From positions 54,918 to 118,917 of the forward strand of contig JAAVBP010000004.1 of assembly GCA_014803525.1 (NCBI GenBank): a stretch of 64,000 nt of DNA, read 5' to 3'. The notes under the pieces are model-generated. The model had not been told where the DNA came from. It saw only the letters and a list, made by a program, of their open reading frames with translations, and did not search any database. The stretch is from a bacterium. Lineage in GTDB: Bacteria > Pseudomonadota > Alphaproteobacteria > Rs-D84. How positions within the stretch are numbered: the first letter of the stretch is position 1; each line of letters opens with the position of its first letter. Both the position numbers and the translations under genes were made by a program. Shown here piece by piece: positions 48,568 to 59,219 of the stretch.

Positions 48568-49845
48568 TTAGTGTTTCCCACCAATCTTGGTGCGCCCACC
48601 CATAAGCGGTTGCAGGCATTTCGGAATATTTACCGACCCGTCTGCATTCTGGTGATTTTCCAAAACCGGCACCAGCGCACGCGGCATCGCAATACCCGTA
48701 TTGTTAAGTGTTGCACAGAATTGCAACGTGCCATCCGCCGCGCGGTAACGCGTGTTTGTACGGCGCGCCTGGAATTGGCCAATGGATGAACAGCTGCCCA
48801 GCTCGCGATAGTTATTTTCACTGGGGAACCAGGCCTCGACATCATTCATTTTAACCTTGTTGAAACCCATGTCGCCGGTGCATGCCGCGATAACGCGATA
48901 TGGTAATTCCAAATCCTCCATAACCTCACACAAATTATTCAGCAAGAATTCATGCATTTTGTCACTTTGTTCCGGTGTACAGTAAATGTATTGTTCCACC
49001 TTGTTAAACTGGTGCACGCGTATCAGACCGCGTGTATCGCGACCGGCGGCACCGGCCTCTTTACGAAAGCATGCAGAAAATCCCGCATACATCAGCGGCA
49101 GGTCGGATTCATTCAGAACCTCGCCCGAATGCAGGGAATTCATTATAATTTCCGATGTCCCGGCCAGACAACGATCTGTACCCGATAACATAAACACATC
49201 GTCATTCATCACCGACATATCCGCGCCCATAAAGTGTCCGGCATTAAATATTGTTTGCGGACGCGTAATCGACGGACATTCGATAAAGCGAAATCCCTTG
49301 GCGATTAATTTCTGGATCACATACGTTTCAATGGCCAGTTGTAATTCTGCGGCCTCGCCCATTAATGCATACGTGCGCGCGCCACAAATATTTGAAATCT
49401 TTTCCGGCGCCCACCATCCGTTCATATCCAGCAAATCCCACTGTGCCCGCGGGGTAAAATCAAATTTGCGCGGCGTGCCAACGCGGCGAATCTCAACATT
49501 TTCCGTATCGTCCGCGCCAATTGGTGTATCACTTGACGGGATCTGGGGTACGCGATGCATCAGGTCAGACAGCTGCGCCTCTTTTTCTTCCAACTCTGCG
49601 ATTTCATTTGCAATCTCGGCCGCAATTTTCTTGGATGCCGCGATCAACGGCGCACGGTCGGTGGCCGTCGGTATTTCGCGTGTAATTTTATTCTTTTCCG
49701 CCGTCTTGGTCTGGGTCAGTGTTTTCAGTTCACGCACACGCACGTCCAGTGCCAGAATATCATCGACTACGTCAGGCAGATTTTTGACATTGCATGCGTT
49801 TTTTACAACATCCGGGTTTTCACGTATAAATTTAATATCCAGCAT
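48568..49845 (-). CDS. serS: serine--tRNA ligase
   Basis: N-terminal coiled-coil plus class II catalytic core; start at the internal Met (MLDIKFIRENP); the ORF-track start is over-extended. Confidence 0.9.
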   Translation of the reverse strand: MLDIKFIRENPDVVKNACNVKNLPDVVDDILALDVRVRELKTLTQTKTAEKNKITREIPTATDRAPLIAASKKIAAEIANEIAELEEKEAQLSDLMHRVPQIPSSDTPIGADDTENVEIRRVGTPRKFDFTPRAQWDLLDMNGWWAPEKISNICGARTYALMGEAAELQLAIETYVIQKLIAKGFRFIECPSITRPQTIFNAGHFMGADMSVMNDDVFMLSGTDRCLAGTSEIIMNSLHSGEVLNESDLPLMYAGFSACFRKEAGAAGRDTRGLIRVHQFNKVEQYIYCTPEQSDKMHEFLLNNLCEVMEDLELPYRVIAACTGDMGFNKVKMNDVEAWFPSENNYRELGSCSSIGQFQARRTNTRYRAADGTLQFCATLNNTGIAMPRALVPVLENHQNADGSVNIPKCLQPLMGGRTKIGGKH

Positions 49846-49978
49846 TTTTATTCCTCTTTTGCCCTTAAATATAATATCGCGCGCACGGATAAGCAAATAT
49901 AAAATACATTTGCGAATTGGACGCGCATATGCTAGCCTTGCATTGACAATATCTGTAACAAGGAAAGGAAAAATTAAA

Positions 49979-50887
49979 ATGAACGACATCATAATGCATG
50001 ACGTAATCATATTGGGTTCAGGCCCGGCGGGTCTGACGGCGGCGCTGTATTGCGCACGCGCAAATAAAAAGACATTGGTACTGGGGGGGGCGACCCTGGG
50101 TGGCCAGACGGCCGGCATTGCAAAGCTGGAAAATTATCCGGGGTTTATGGGATCCGGCACGGAACTGTCCGAATTTATGAAGAAACAGGCCGAAACGTTT
50201 GGCGCCGAGATAGTATTCGAAACCGCGACCAATATTTCCGGCGACGCCGAGGGTGGATTTAACATCACATGCACAAATGGCCGCCACTATGTTGGTCGCA
50301 CGGTAATTATCGCGACCGGCGCATCCCCGCGAAAACTGGAAATCCAGGGCGCACGCGAGTTAATGGGCAAAGGCGTCTCTTACTGTGCCACATGTGACGG
50401 ATTTTTCTATTATGGCAAAGATGTCATCGTCATGGGCGGTGGGAACAGCGCACTGAATGACGCACTGTATCTGGCGGACGTTGCAAAAAGCGTGAAAATC
50501 GTTTATCGCAAGGGCGCATTCACCCGGGCCGAGGCTGTTTTGCGCAACCGCGTTGCAGAACGTGAAAATATCGAATGCCTGTTTAATACGGATCTGGCAA
50601 AAATCATGGCCGGGCCGGATGATCGCCTGACCGTTACAACAACGGCCGGCGACGAAATCATAACCGACGGTCTGTTCGTTGCCATCGGGCACGAGGCGAA
50701 TACGGATTACCTGTCCGAGGAAATCGCGCGTGATAACATGGGCCGCCTGGCCCCCGATGCATTACCGACCGGCATGTATGTTGCGGGCGACGTGGAATCG
50801 GGGATCAAGATGCAGATCGCAACCGCGGTCGGCACGGGATGCACCGCCGCAATGGATGCGATTGCATACCTGAACTCAAAACAATAA
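49979..50887 (+). CDS. trxB: thioredoxin-disulfide reductase
   Basis: FAD motif GSGPAG; redox-active CATC; NADPH motif; start taken at MNDIIMHD. Confidence 0.9.
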   Translation: MNDIIMHDVIILGSGPAGLTAALYCARANKKTLVLGGATLGGQTAGIAKLENYPGFMGSGTELSEFMKKQAETFGAEIVFETATNISGDAEGGFNITCTNGRHYVGRTVIIATGASPRKLEIQGARELMGKGVSYCATCDGFFYYGKDVIVMGGGNSALNDALYLADVAKSVKIVYRKGAFTRAEAVLRNRVAERENIECLFNTDLAKIMAGPDDRLTVTTTAGDEIITDGLFVAIGHEANTDYLSEEIARDNMGRLAPDALPTGMYVAGDVESGIKMQIATAVGTGCTAAMDAIAYLNSKQ

Positions 50888-50889
50888 AT

Positions 50890-50930
50890 AAAAGAAAAAC
50901 GCCCGGGAAATCCCGGGCGTTTTTCTTTTA
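50890..50930. terminator. bidirectional intrinsic terminator (cgcccgggaaatcccgggcg + T-run)
   Basis: Hairpin flanked by A and T runs. Confidence 0.65.
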
Positions 50931-51119
50931 TATCTGATACTGATCCTTTTGCATTGCGACCGCAAAATGCGACGGCGACTTAAACGAAAAAGTAAAGTCT
51001 TTTAGTAAACTGGTGGAATTTCTATATTTAATCCCTTTTAACGCGTTCAACAGTTTGGTTTCCGCATCTTTGCGTTGCCATTTAAACTCACTCTTTAAAT
51101 CACCCATTGAATTCAACAC
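50928..51119 (-). CDS. small hypothetical protein (63 aa)
   Basis: ORF overlapping the upstream gene by 7 nt (coupled pair). Confidence 0.3.
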   Translation of the reverse strand: MLNSMGDLKSEFKWQRKDAETKLLNALKGIKYRNSTSLLKDFTFSFKSPSHFAVAMQKDQYQI

Positions 51120-51388
51120 TGCAAAAAAGCCAATGTTGCACTATTATTATTTGAACCCGCTGGGATAAAAGCCTCTGCCAGCTGGCCGTTTTCCATCCCT
51201 TCTTTTACGCGCACGCGATAATCTGCAAACTTTTGCGGATTGGCTATAATACGCCCAACCATGTCGATGGCGGTGGTAATTCTGTCGGCCGCCTTTTTAT
51301 CTTTTGTCTTGGCGCGCAGTTTTTCCAGATAAATTATATTCTCCATAAAAAACATTTTTAATGTCGCATCAAAATCAATATTTCTCAT
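51113..51388 (-). CDS. small hypothetical protein (91 aa)
   Basis: ORF in a three-gene minus-strand cluster. Confidence 0.35.
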   Translation of the reverse strand: MRNIDFDATLKMFFMENIIYLEKLRAKTKDKKAADRITTAIDMVGRIIANPQKFADYRVRVKEGMENGQLAEAFIPAGSNNNSATLAFLQC

Positions 51389-51411
51389 TGTTCTTCCCCT
51401 TTGTTTATTGC

Positions 51412-51810
51412 TTATAAGTAATAATCGGCGCGTTCGTATTCACAAATCTCTACGGCATAGAAACCATCGCGCCGCACATCCTTTTCCGTGATAAAGCGAT
51501 AACAGATCTGATCACTGTATCGTGTATCTGGCGAATTACGCACAACATTTACATAAATATAATCCGCATTTTCCGGAATTGAATCCAGAAACGTTCCCCG
51601 CGCATCGCCGTCATTATCCGCCCGAAAAAATTGTGGTGTGCCACCATCTATCGTTGCCAAAATCTTGTCATCCGGGGCGCATTTCAAGATATAATTGTCT
51701 GTGTTTGTGACAATTACCCCTTCGCATCGGCGCAGCATATTTGCCGTATCATTCATGGCAAATGCCGACGTCCCCCACATCACCATAATCATAACGATAT
51801 ATTTTTTCAT
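51412..51810 (-). CDS. small secreted protein (132 aa)
   Basis: Signal peptide MKKYIVMIMVMWGTSAFA; Cys-containing. Confidence 0.45.
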   Translation of the reverse strand: MKKYIVMIMVMWGTSAFAMNDTANMLRRCEGVIVTNTDNYILKCAPDDKILATIDGGTPQFFRADNDGDARGTFLDSIPENADYIYVNVVRNSPDTRYSDQICYRFITEKDVRRDGFYAVEICEYERADYYL

Positions 51811-51919
51811 CCGCGTTTCCTTTTACCATAATAAAATATTTTATCATAAAAATACGCTTATTTCTTGAATTTTTTTATTTATGTTATAACCTGTGCCCGA
51901 TAAGACAATGGGGATACAC

Positions 51920-53752
51920 ATGAAAATTCGCAATATTGCAATCATTGCACACGTTGACCATGGTAAAACAACACTGGTTGACAACATGTTAAAACAGGCG
52001 GGTACATTCCGCGAAAACGAAAAAGTTGAAGACCGCGTCATGGACAGTGGCGATATCGAACGCGAACGCGGAATTACAATATCTGCAAAGCCGACATCCA
52101 TTCAATGGCGCGACTATAAAATCAATATCGTTGACACTCCGGGCCACGCAGATTTCGGGGGCGAGGTAGAACGTATTTTATCCATGGTTGATGGTGTTGT
52201 ATTGCTGGTGGACAGTGCCGAAGGCCCACTGCCCCAAACCAAGTTCGTGTTGTCCAAGGCATTGAAACTGGGCCTGCGTCCCATCGTTTGCATTAACAAG
52301 GTTGACCGCGCAGATGCCCGCCCGGATGAAGTTTTAACCGAAACATTCGACCTGTTCGACAAACTGGGCGCGAATGACGCGCAATTGGATTTCCCATACC
52401 TGTATTCCGTTGGTCGCGACGGTTGGGCGGTGCGCGATTTGAACGACGAACACAAAGACCTGACCCCGTTGTTCCAATTGATTGTTGATCACGTGCCGGC
52501 GCCGGACTGCAATGGCGACCGCTGCCAGATTGATGCACCGTTCCGCATGCTGGCAACAACGCTGGAGGCGGATCCATACGTTGGCCGAATCCTGACCGGT
52601 AAAATCGAATCTGGTACCGTTCGCGTGGGCCAATCGGTCAAGGCCATCAATATGAACGGTGAATTTGTAGAAAATGCAAAAATCACAAAAATTATTGAAC
52701 ATCGCGGCGTTGAAAAGGTTTCCCGCGAAGAAGCATCTGCCGGCGACATTGTTGTCGTTGCCGGATTTTCCAAGGCAACGGTGGCCGATACCCTGTGCGC
52801 GCCGGATGTGACCGAACCGATCCCGGCGATTCCGATTGATCCACCGACGCTGACCATGACATTCTTTGTAAACACTTCGCCATTGGCCGGTAAATCTGGT
52901 AAGAAATTGACATCACGTATGATTGGCGAACGCCTGTTCAAAGAGGCCGAAACAAACATCGCATTAAAGGTCGCACAAAGCGAAAACAACGAAGCGTTTG
53001 AGGTTTCCGGCCGCGGTGAACTGCAACTGGGGATCTTGATCGAAACAATGCGCCGCGAAGGATTTGAATTGTCGGTATCCCGCCCGCGCGTTGTTATGCA
53101 TGACGGCCCGAATGGCGAAAAATTGGAACCAATCGAAGACGTTGTTATCGACGTTGACGATGAATTTTCCGGCGTCGTTATTGAAAAGATGACCAAGCGC
53201 AAGGCAACAATCACCGAAATGAAACCATCAGGAATTGGCAAGACACGTATTGTATTTTCGGCACCGTCACGTGGGTTGATCGGATACCTGTCTGAATTCC
53301 GCACAGACACACGCGGCACCGGTATTATGAACCGCGTCTTTGCAGAATACGGCGAATACCGTGGCCCGATTGTACAGTATCGTCCGGGCGTGCTGGTATC
53401 AATGGAGAAAGGCAGTGCCGCCACATATGCGCTGTTTAACCTGCAGCCGCGTGGTACACTGTTCATCACCCCCCAGACCGAGGTTTATTCCGGCATGATT
53501 ATCGGCGAACATACCAAGGAAAATGACCTGGAGGTAAATCCGATCAAGGGCAAGGAATTAACCAACATGCGATCTGTGACCGCGGATGAAAAACTGTTTC
53601 TGGCCCCGCCGCGCAGGATTACACTGGAAGAAGCGCTGTCATACATCCAGGACGACGAATTGGTAGAGGTAACACCCGAAACAATTCGCCTGCGCAAAAA
53701 AGAACTGGACAGCAATATGCGTAAGAAAGCGCGCAGAAATACAGAAATGTAA
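51920..53752 (+). CDS. typA: translational GTPase TypA/BipA
   Basis: AHVDHGKTT, DTPGH and NKVD G-motifs; EF-G-like domains; start at MKIRNIAIIA. Confidence 0.9.
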   Translation: MKIRNIAIIAHVDHGKTTLVDNMLKQAGTFRENEKVEDRVMDSGDIERERGITISAKPTSIQWRDYKINIVDTPGHADFGGEVERILSMVDGVVLLVDSAEGPLPQTKFVLSKALKLGLRPIVCINKVDRADARPDEVLTETFDLFDKLGANDAQLDFPYLYSVGRDGWAVRDLNDEHKDLTPLFQLIVDHVPAPDCNGDRCQIDAPFRMLATTLEADPYVGRILTGKIESGTVRVGQSVKAINMNGEFVENAKITKIIEHRGVEKVSREEASAGDIVVVAGFSKATVADTLCAPDVTEPIPAIPIDPPTLTMTFFVNTSPLAGKSGKKLTSRMIGERLFKEAETNIALKVAQSENNEAFEVSGRGELQLGILIETMRREGFELSVSRPRVVMHDGPNGEKLEPIEDVVIDVDDEFSGVVIEKMTKRKATITEMKPSGIGKTRIVFSAPSRGLIGYLSEFRTDTRGTGIMNRVFAEYGEYRGPIVQYRPGVLVSMEKGSAATYALFNLQPRGTLFITPQTEVYSGMIIGEHTKENDLEVNPIKGKELTNMRSVTADEKLFLAPPRRITLEEALSYIQDDELVEVTPETIRLRKKELDSNMRKKARRNTEM

Positions 53753-53754
53753 TT

Positions 53755-53782
53755 CACGGGGCATCTGCCCCGTGTTTTTATT
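53755..53782. terminator. bidirectional intrinsic terminator (cacggggcatctgccccgtg + T-run)
   Basis: Hairpin plus T-run. Confidence 0.65.
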
Positions 53783-53996
53783 CTTTATCCAACGCCATAT
53801 CCATTTTGACGGCGTATTTAATTATGCGTTTCAACGTGTCGCGTGGGATTAAATCCTTGCCTTGTTCATATCGGTGCAGTTGCTTGCCACCGCACCCCAA
53901 CAAGTGTTGCAATTGCTGTGATGTTATCTTGCCTTTTTCTCGGATTGATTGTATCACATGACCGAAATAATCGGCGCTGACTATTATTGTTGACAT
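53778..53996 (-). CDS. small XRE-type HTH protein (72 aa)
   Basis: ITSQQLQHLLGCGGKQLHRYEQG HTH; AAGGAG Shine-Dalgarno 8 nt before the internal ATG (the ORF-track start at 54041 lies inside the leader terminator). Confidence 0.6.
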   Translation of the reverse strand: MSTIIVSADYFGHVIQSIREKGKITSQQLQHLLGCGGKQLHRYEQGKDLIPRDTLKRIIKYAVKMDMALDKE

Positions 53997-54212
53997 TTTT
54001 TCACTCCTTAATTTTTTATTGTATAATAAAAAAGCCCGCATTGATGAGATGCGGTTGGAGGTTCAAAACTATAAGAGTATAGCGCTGTTTATTTATATAT
54101 ATCACAGCCCTCCAACCAATGTTGGAGTATTCTCTTAGAGGTTTTGAAGCCCCGCATCGGCCATCACCCGATGCATATTCATTATAGCGGATTGTTTTCA
54201 GATTTGCAAATT
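53997..54212 (-). promoter_or_regulatory. conserved structured leader element, copy L4
   Basis: TTGCAA at 54205-54210, 17-nt spacer, TATAAT at 54182-54187 (minus strand); helix 54053-54117; ccgcatctcatcaatgcgg + T-run terminator. Confidence 0.6.
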
Positions 54213-54229
54213 ATTATAGCCATTCAAAA

Positions 54230-54450
54230 TTAATCCGGGTTTCTCCCTGTCACGTTCGCCCCCCGCAAGAATCCCCTTTTGTCACTCCTGCGCAGGCAGG
54301 AGTGGGTCTATAAAATATTTGTTCATACAGGACGTTTTGTGTTGCAACAGACTTATCATTTACTATGGTTTATAGACCCTATTCCCGTTCTTTGAAAAAC
54401 AATTATCAATTGTTTTTCAAATTCAGTGCGAGAATGACAACATACAAGCG
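54230..54450. repeat. palindromic repeat modules (cactcctgcgcaggcaggagtg; tttatagaccctattcccg...gaatgacaa)
   Basis: Same modules as 34350-34510 and 48210-48360. Confidence 0.6.
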
Positions 54451-54565
54451 GTAAGCCAATCCAGAAAAAGCCTGAGACAAGTGCAAATGACGACTGTTTT
54501 TTATTGCAAATGGGGCCCAAACCACATAACATGGAATATATACCTACAGCCCAAGGATACAATAA

Positions 54566-55498
54566 ATGTCATTGCCGGTTATTTCAAAAAACAAAAAACG
54601 CATATCATCATTACTGACCTTTTGGATACCATTGCCGTCATATCGTCGTGCCCTGCGCGGCATATTGCAATTGGGCGTTCGGAAATACTTTCGTGTTTTG
54701 AAATCTGACCGCACAACACACTTTGAACACGAACTGGCCATTGGTGCAATCATGAAAGACGAAGGACCGTATTTAAAAGAATGGCTGGACTTTCACATAT
54801 TGGTTGGGGTGACTAAATTTTATTTATACGACAACGAGTCCGGTGATAATACACACAAGATACTGGAACCATATATCGATCGTGGCATTGTTGAATATAC
54901 GTGGTTCCCGGGCAAACAGATGCAGGCGCCTGCATACAAAGACATTCTTAACAAACATGCAAATGACGCACGGTGGATGGCACTGATTGATTTGGATGAA
55001 TTCTTGGTGCCGGTGGAACATAAAACTATTCCGGAATTTTTACACAGCCTGCCCGGCGGATGGGCCCAATTAATTGTCACATGGGTTATGTATGGGTCAT
55101 CGGGACATAAAAAGAAACCAGAGGGCATGGTTATGGAAAACTATAAATATCACGCAAACGACAAACGCAACAGTGGAATTAAGCCAATTATAAACCCGCG
55201 CCTGTTCTTGGAATATCGCAGTCCGCATATGAATCTGATTGGCGGATTTACAATCGATAATAACGGTAAAAAGCTGGGGCATATTGATCAAACAAATAAT
55301 CCGCCGGCCTTCAATAAACTGCGTTGCAATCATTATTACACAAAATCTTTCGAAGACTATATGGAAAAATACAGACGTGGCGCATCCGGATGCGCAAATA
55401 CCGAATACCGCAATGCGGAAAGATTTAAAATCTATGACCGGAACGAGGTTTATGATACAATAATGGATAAATACGTAAATATATTAAAAAAGAAATGA
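54566..55498 (+). CDS. glycosyltransferase, GT92 (DUF23)-like
   Basis: KEWLDFHILVGVTKFYLYDNESGDNT...YTWFPG matches the GT92 signature as recalled. Confidence 0.55.
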   Translation: MSLPVISKNKKRISSLLTFWIPLPSYRRALRGILQLGVRKYFRVLKSDRTTHFEHELAIGAIMKDEGPYLKEWLDFHILVGVTKFYLYDNESGDNTHKILEPYIDRGIVEYTWFPGKQMQAPAYKDILNKHANDARWMALIDLDEFLVPVEHKTIPEFLHSLPGGWAQLIVTWVMYGSSGHKKKPEGMVMENYKYHANDKRNSGIKPIINPRLFLEYRSPHMNLIGGFTIDNNGKKLGHIDQTNNPPAFNKLRCNHYYTKSFEDYMEKYRRGASGCANTEYRNAERFKIYDRNEVYDTIMDKYVNILKKK

Positions 55499-56340
55499 CC
55501 AAACGATTGTTTTTATTTGCAGGATATGATGCGCGCGGTCACGTGGATGCGTCGTTGATATATTTGGTTCGCGCACTGGCGGTTTTTGGTGACGTTGTGC
55601 TGCATATGGATAATGACTGTACAGATGGTTCAATCAATAACTTGGCGCCATATACGCTGCATGCTGACGCTGTGCGCCATGGTGAATATGATTTCGGGTC
55701 ATACAAACGCGCATATATTTGGGCGCATGATAATTTAAACCTGGCCGATTATGATTTTGTATATTTGATAAATGATTCTGTATACGGCCCGCTGTATGAT
55801 TTGGGACCGATTCTGGGTGATATGGAATCACGCGGATGGGATGCATTCGGCCTGGTATTAAATCCAAAGACATCACATCCACATATCCAATCATGGTTTA
55901 TTGGTATGCGGCCGGTGGCGTTTACCGCACCATGGTTTGACACGTTTATGCGATCCGTCACACGCCAGCGGGACAAAGGCGCAGTCACAAAATTATACGA
56001 ACAAGGATTCACCGCCGCGGTTTCCGCGCATGGATTATCGTGGGGATGCATATATACCGTGGCCGGTCGCGGCGTATATAACAAAATAAAAAGCCTGTAT
56101 AAACATGGCATGCCATTTATGAAAAAGGTTGCTTTTACACGACACAATGGTCGTCTGGGGCGGCAAATATTATATGTATTAAATCATATATCGCCGGATG
56201 CGCGCACAGGCATCTTGGAAAACGCACGCCGCACATGGGGTGATGAATATATACAATGGATGTTGACACGAAACCCGTTTAAAATAATGTGGCGTGGTAT
56301 CACATACGGCATAAACAAAGCACGCAAGGGGAATCTATGA
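55495..56340 (+). CDS. hypothetical protein in the glycosyltransferase cluster (possibly a polysaccharide-synthesis protein)
   Basis: ATGA overlap with the upstream GT gene; no firm motif. Confidence 0.4.
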   Translation: MTKRLFLFAGYDARGHVDASLIYLVRALAVFGDVVLHMDNDCTDGSINNLAPYTLHADAVRHGEYDFGSYKRAYIWAHDNLNLADYDFVYLINDSVYGPLYDLGPILGDMESRGWDAFGLVLNPKTSHPHIQSWFIGMRPVAFTAPWFDTFMRSVTRQRDKGAVTKLYEQGFTAAVSAHGLSWGCIYTVAGRGVYNKIKSLYKHGMPFMKKVAFTRHNGRLGRQILYVLNHISPDARTGILENARRTWGDEYIQWMLTRNPFKIMWRGITYGINKARKGNL

Positions 56341-57176
56341 AACCGCATGGCACAAAACGTATCGCGGCAATTACAATGGCCCGCAATGATGAATTTTTCC
56401 TTAATCGATGGATATCATATTACGGGGCGCAATTTGGCGAAGAAAACCTGTACATATACCTGGATGGGTTGGATCAGAAGATCCCGGCCCGCGCGGGGCA
56501 CGCAAACATAAAAAAAATGCCGCATCGTGAACAAGCGGTACAAAAAGGTGACAAGACGCGCATATTAATGCTGTCTGAATTGGCACGCAAATTATTTGCC
56601 GATGGATACGACATTGTTGTTGGATGCGATTGCGATGAATTTCTGATCGTTGATCCTGATGTAAACATGACACTGGCCGAATACTTGTCTGCTGTACATA
56701 TAAAAACATCACTGTCGGGACTGGGCCTGGATGTCGGAATGGATTTAAAAACGGAAAGCGCCCTGGATCCCACAATGCCATTTCTGGCCCAGCGTCGATA
56801 TGCCCTGATGTCAACGCGTTATACCAAGCCTGTTGTGCTAAGTCGGCCCGCCACATGGGGCAGCGGCTTTCACAGTGTCAAAGGTCACAATTTCCATATC
56901 GATGGAAATCTGTACCTGCTACATTTTGGCGGCGTCGATTTAGATATGATAAAAAATAAAATCGGTGATCGTAACCCATCATGGGCGCGGCATTTACGCA
57001 AACGTGCACGCACAATCGATATCATCACACGCGCAAAATTAAAAAACATGCCGATGCGCGCGGCGCGCATATTGCAACGCATCCTGCGCCCGATATATGA
57101 TTTGAACAAGCCTGCGATGCTGGGTCTGAAATGGGTGACAACCATCCCAATGCGATTTGAAAAAACCGGAATTTAA
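56337..57176 (+). CDS. glycosyltransferase (GT-A fold, GT92/GT2-like)
   Basis: IAAITMARNDEFFLNRWISYY...LYIYLDG pattern; DCDEF motif. Confidence 0.5.
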   Translation: MKPHGTKRIAAITMARNDEFFLNRWISYYGAQFGEENLYIYLDGLDQKIPARAGHANIKKMPHREQAVQKGDKTRILMLSELARKLFADGYDIVVGCDCDEFLIVDPDVNMTLAEYLSAVHIKTSLSGLGLDVGMDLKTESALDPTMPFLAQRRYALMSTRYTKPVVLSRPATWGSGFHSVKGHNFHIDGNLYLLHFGGVDLDMIKNKIGDRNPSWARHLRKRARTIDIITRAKLKNMPMRAARILQRILRPIYDLNKPAMLGLKWVTTIPMRFEKTGI

Positions 57177-57183
57177 CCGACAA

Positions 57184-58176
57184 TTATTCGGACAAAAATT
57201 TATAAATTATACGGCGATATTTACATGCACGCATACCGACGGGATTATCAAAGCATCCCGCATGCTGCATTTCATGCAAACGAGATTTTATAAATTTTAT
57301 ATCCGCATCAGACGTGCACCCACGCACCGCACGCATACATGTAAAAATAAACGGCCATAAAAATTCACGACGCCAACGTCGCAATTCACATGGTCGCCCC
57401 GCCCGACACGCAATATCATATGAACGAATTATCGCCCGACTGACATTATCAAACAGACGCATTGATTGTACACTGTTCAGCGCACTGGCCCCATTGGGGA
57501 TATAATAATACAACGGCAATCGCGTTACCGCCGCACGCGGATGCGCAAATATAATACGTGTCCACCATGGAAAATCTTCTGCGATACGAATATCGGTATC
57601 AAATCTCATATTTGCAATCAAATCCCTGCGATACAGATGCATCACCGGATAACAATGCCGAATTCGCCACCACCCCATCGAATGATTGCGTTCGGTCGTA
57701 TATTTGGCCAGACAATCTGTCCGCACGTACGTTACATGCGCCGGATTATAACACCGTATATGTGGATCAACATACGCCCCACGCCCCGAACACATCGCAT
57801 TCAAAATGCGGTTATACAAACGCGCATCATGACGAAAAGATACGATATCCACACCCGCATCACACGCGATACGATGCGTTATTTCCAGCGTCTGGGGATG
57901 AATAAAATCATCTGCGTCCAAGAACAACACATAATTCCCGCGCGCCATGGCCAACCCATCATTACGTGCGGCCGACACACCGGCATTTTCTTTCGTAATA
58001 ACACGCACGCGCGCATCACGTGACGCATATTCATCCAATATATCGCCAGAATTATCCGTACTGCCATCATTTATACAAATCAGTTCCCAATCATCATATG
58101 TCTGCGCACGCACACTGTTGATGCACCGACGCAAATATTTCTCGGCATTATAAACAGGAACAATTATCGAAATCAT
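57184..58176 (-). CDS. family 2 glycosyltransferase
   Basis: SIIVPVYNAEKYL, DGSTD and DADD GT2 motifs. Confidence 0.85.
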   Translation of the reverse strand: MISIIVPVYNAEKYLRRCINSVRAQTYDDWELICINDGSTDNSGDILDEYASRDARVRVITKENAGVSAARNDGLAMARGNYVLFLDADDFIHPQTLEITHRIACDAGVDIVSFRHDARLYNRILNAMCSGRGAYVDPHIRCYNPAHVTYVRTDCLAKYTTERNHSMGWWRIRHCYPVMHLYRRDLIANMRFDTDIRIAEDFPWWTRIIFAHPRAAVTRLPLYYYIPNGASALNSVQSMRLFDNVSRAIIRSYDIACRAGRPCELRRWRREFLWPFIFTCMRAVRGCTSDADIKFIKSRLHEMQHAGCFDNPVGMRACKYRRIIYKFLSE

Positions 58177-59201
58177 ACCGCGGTCCCGGATTTGATAAAA
58201 TCATAAATATCACGGCGCATACGCCGGGCGCGGCGCGTTGGCGGATTGCATAATACGCCCGCCTTTTTCAGGCGACAAAAACATTCGCGTGCCACCGCAA
58301 TATCCGCCGCATTGTCCAGATATCGCACCTTGCGCCAGGCCCATTTGATAAACGGCCACAAAAAATTGCGCGACCACATCGCCATCTGATAATCCGTTGC
58401 GCGCGCTGAATATAACGCATGCGCGTTTTCAATGCCGGCACACAAACTCTGCAGTATGCGCAACTGTTTCGCAGACAACACAATTCCGCCAAAATTCGGC
58501 ACATAGAAATATAACGGCAATGCGGTTATCGTAACGCGCGGACGTTGGAGCATAATTGCCGACCACCACGGAAAGTCTTCGAATAAAATCCCCTTGATAA
58601 ACGGTGTGTCGGCAATTAAATCGCGACGATATAAATTCTTCCATACCTGGCAATGTTTAATCAGCCATTTGCGCCGCGGATTAAATGCATTATGCGCATA
58701 TTCTGTTGCATAAATATACACATCATCGGTCACACGCGTTTTTATCTTATTCACATTGTATTTTTTATGCATACGTGCGGGCACCACAGAATCCGTATCC
58801 AACCCCAGTTTATGTCGCACCATTAATTGCGGACGATAAATTCTATCATATGTAAACGACACAATATCAGACCGATCACGCTTGGCCAATGCATATGTAA
58901 TTTCTAACGTTTGGGGGTGGATAAAATCATCACTGTCCAGATATAAAATATATTCGCCGGTGGCATGCGGCAAGCCGGCATTACGCGCATCCGACAATCC
59001 ACCGTTTTCTTTTGTAACAACAACAAAACGTTTGTCGCGCGCCGCATATTCGTCCAATATGGCCGCGCTGCCGTCGGGACTGCCATCATTTACACATATT
59101 GCCTGCCAATCGGCAAAAGTCTGATTTAAAACGCTGTCCAGACATCTGCGCAGATATTTTTCCACATTGTACACGGGAATGATTATTGATACCGCTGGCA
59201 T
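58173..59201 (-). CDS. family 2 glycosyltransferase (tandem paralog of 57184..58176)
   Basis: SIIIPVYNVEKYL, DGSPD and DSDD motifs; ATGA overlap with the downstream paralog. Confidence 0.85.
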   Translation of the reverse strand: MPAVSIIIPVYNVEKYLRRCLDSVLNQTFADWQAICVNDGSPDGSAAILDEYAARDKRFVVVTKENGGLSDARNAGLPHATGEYILYLDSDDFIHPQTLEITYALAKRDRSDIVSFTYDRIYRPQLMVRHKLGLDTDSVVPARMHKKYNVNKIKTRVTDDVYIYATEYAHNAFNPRRKWLIKHCQVWKNLYRRDLIADTPFIKGILFEDFPWWSAIMLQRPRVTITALPLYFYVPNFGGIVLSAKQLRILQSLCAGIENAHALYSARATDYQMAMWSRNFLWPFIKWAWRKVRYLDNAADIAVARECFCRLKKAGVLCNPPTRRARRMRRDIYDFIKSGTAV

Positions 59202-59219
59202 ATGCGCCCCCTTTTGCTT

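Noticed and set aside
48986-49978. N-terminal 330 aa of the 633-aa ORF-track entry 48986..50887
   Set aside because: This is an over-extension: the real trxB starts at 49979 (MNDIIMHD...GSGPAG). The upstream part is antisense to serS.
52489-53469. 326-aa minus-strand ORF inside typA
   Set aside because: It is antisense to the highly conserved TypA/BipA GTPase, so it is a shadow ORF.
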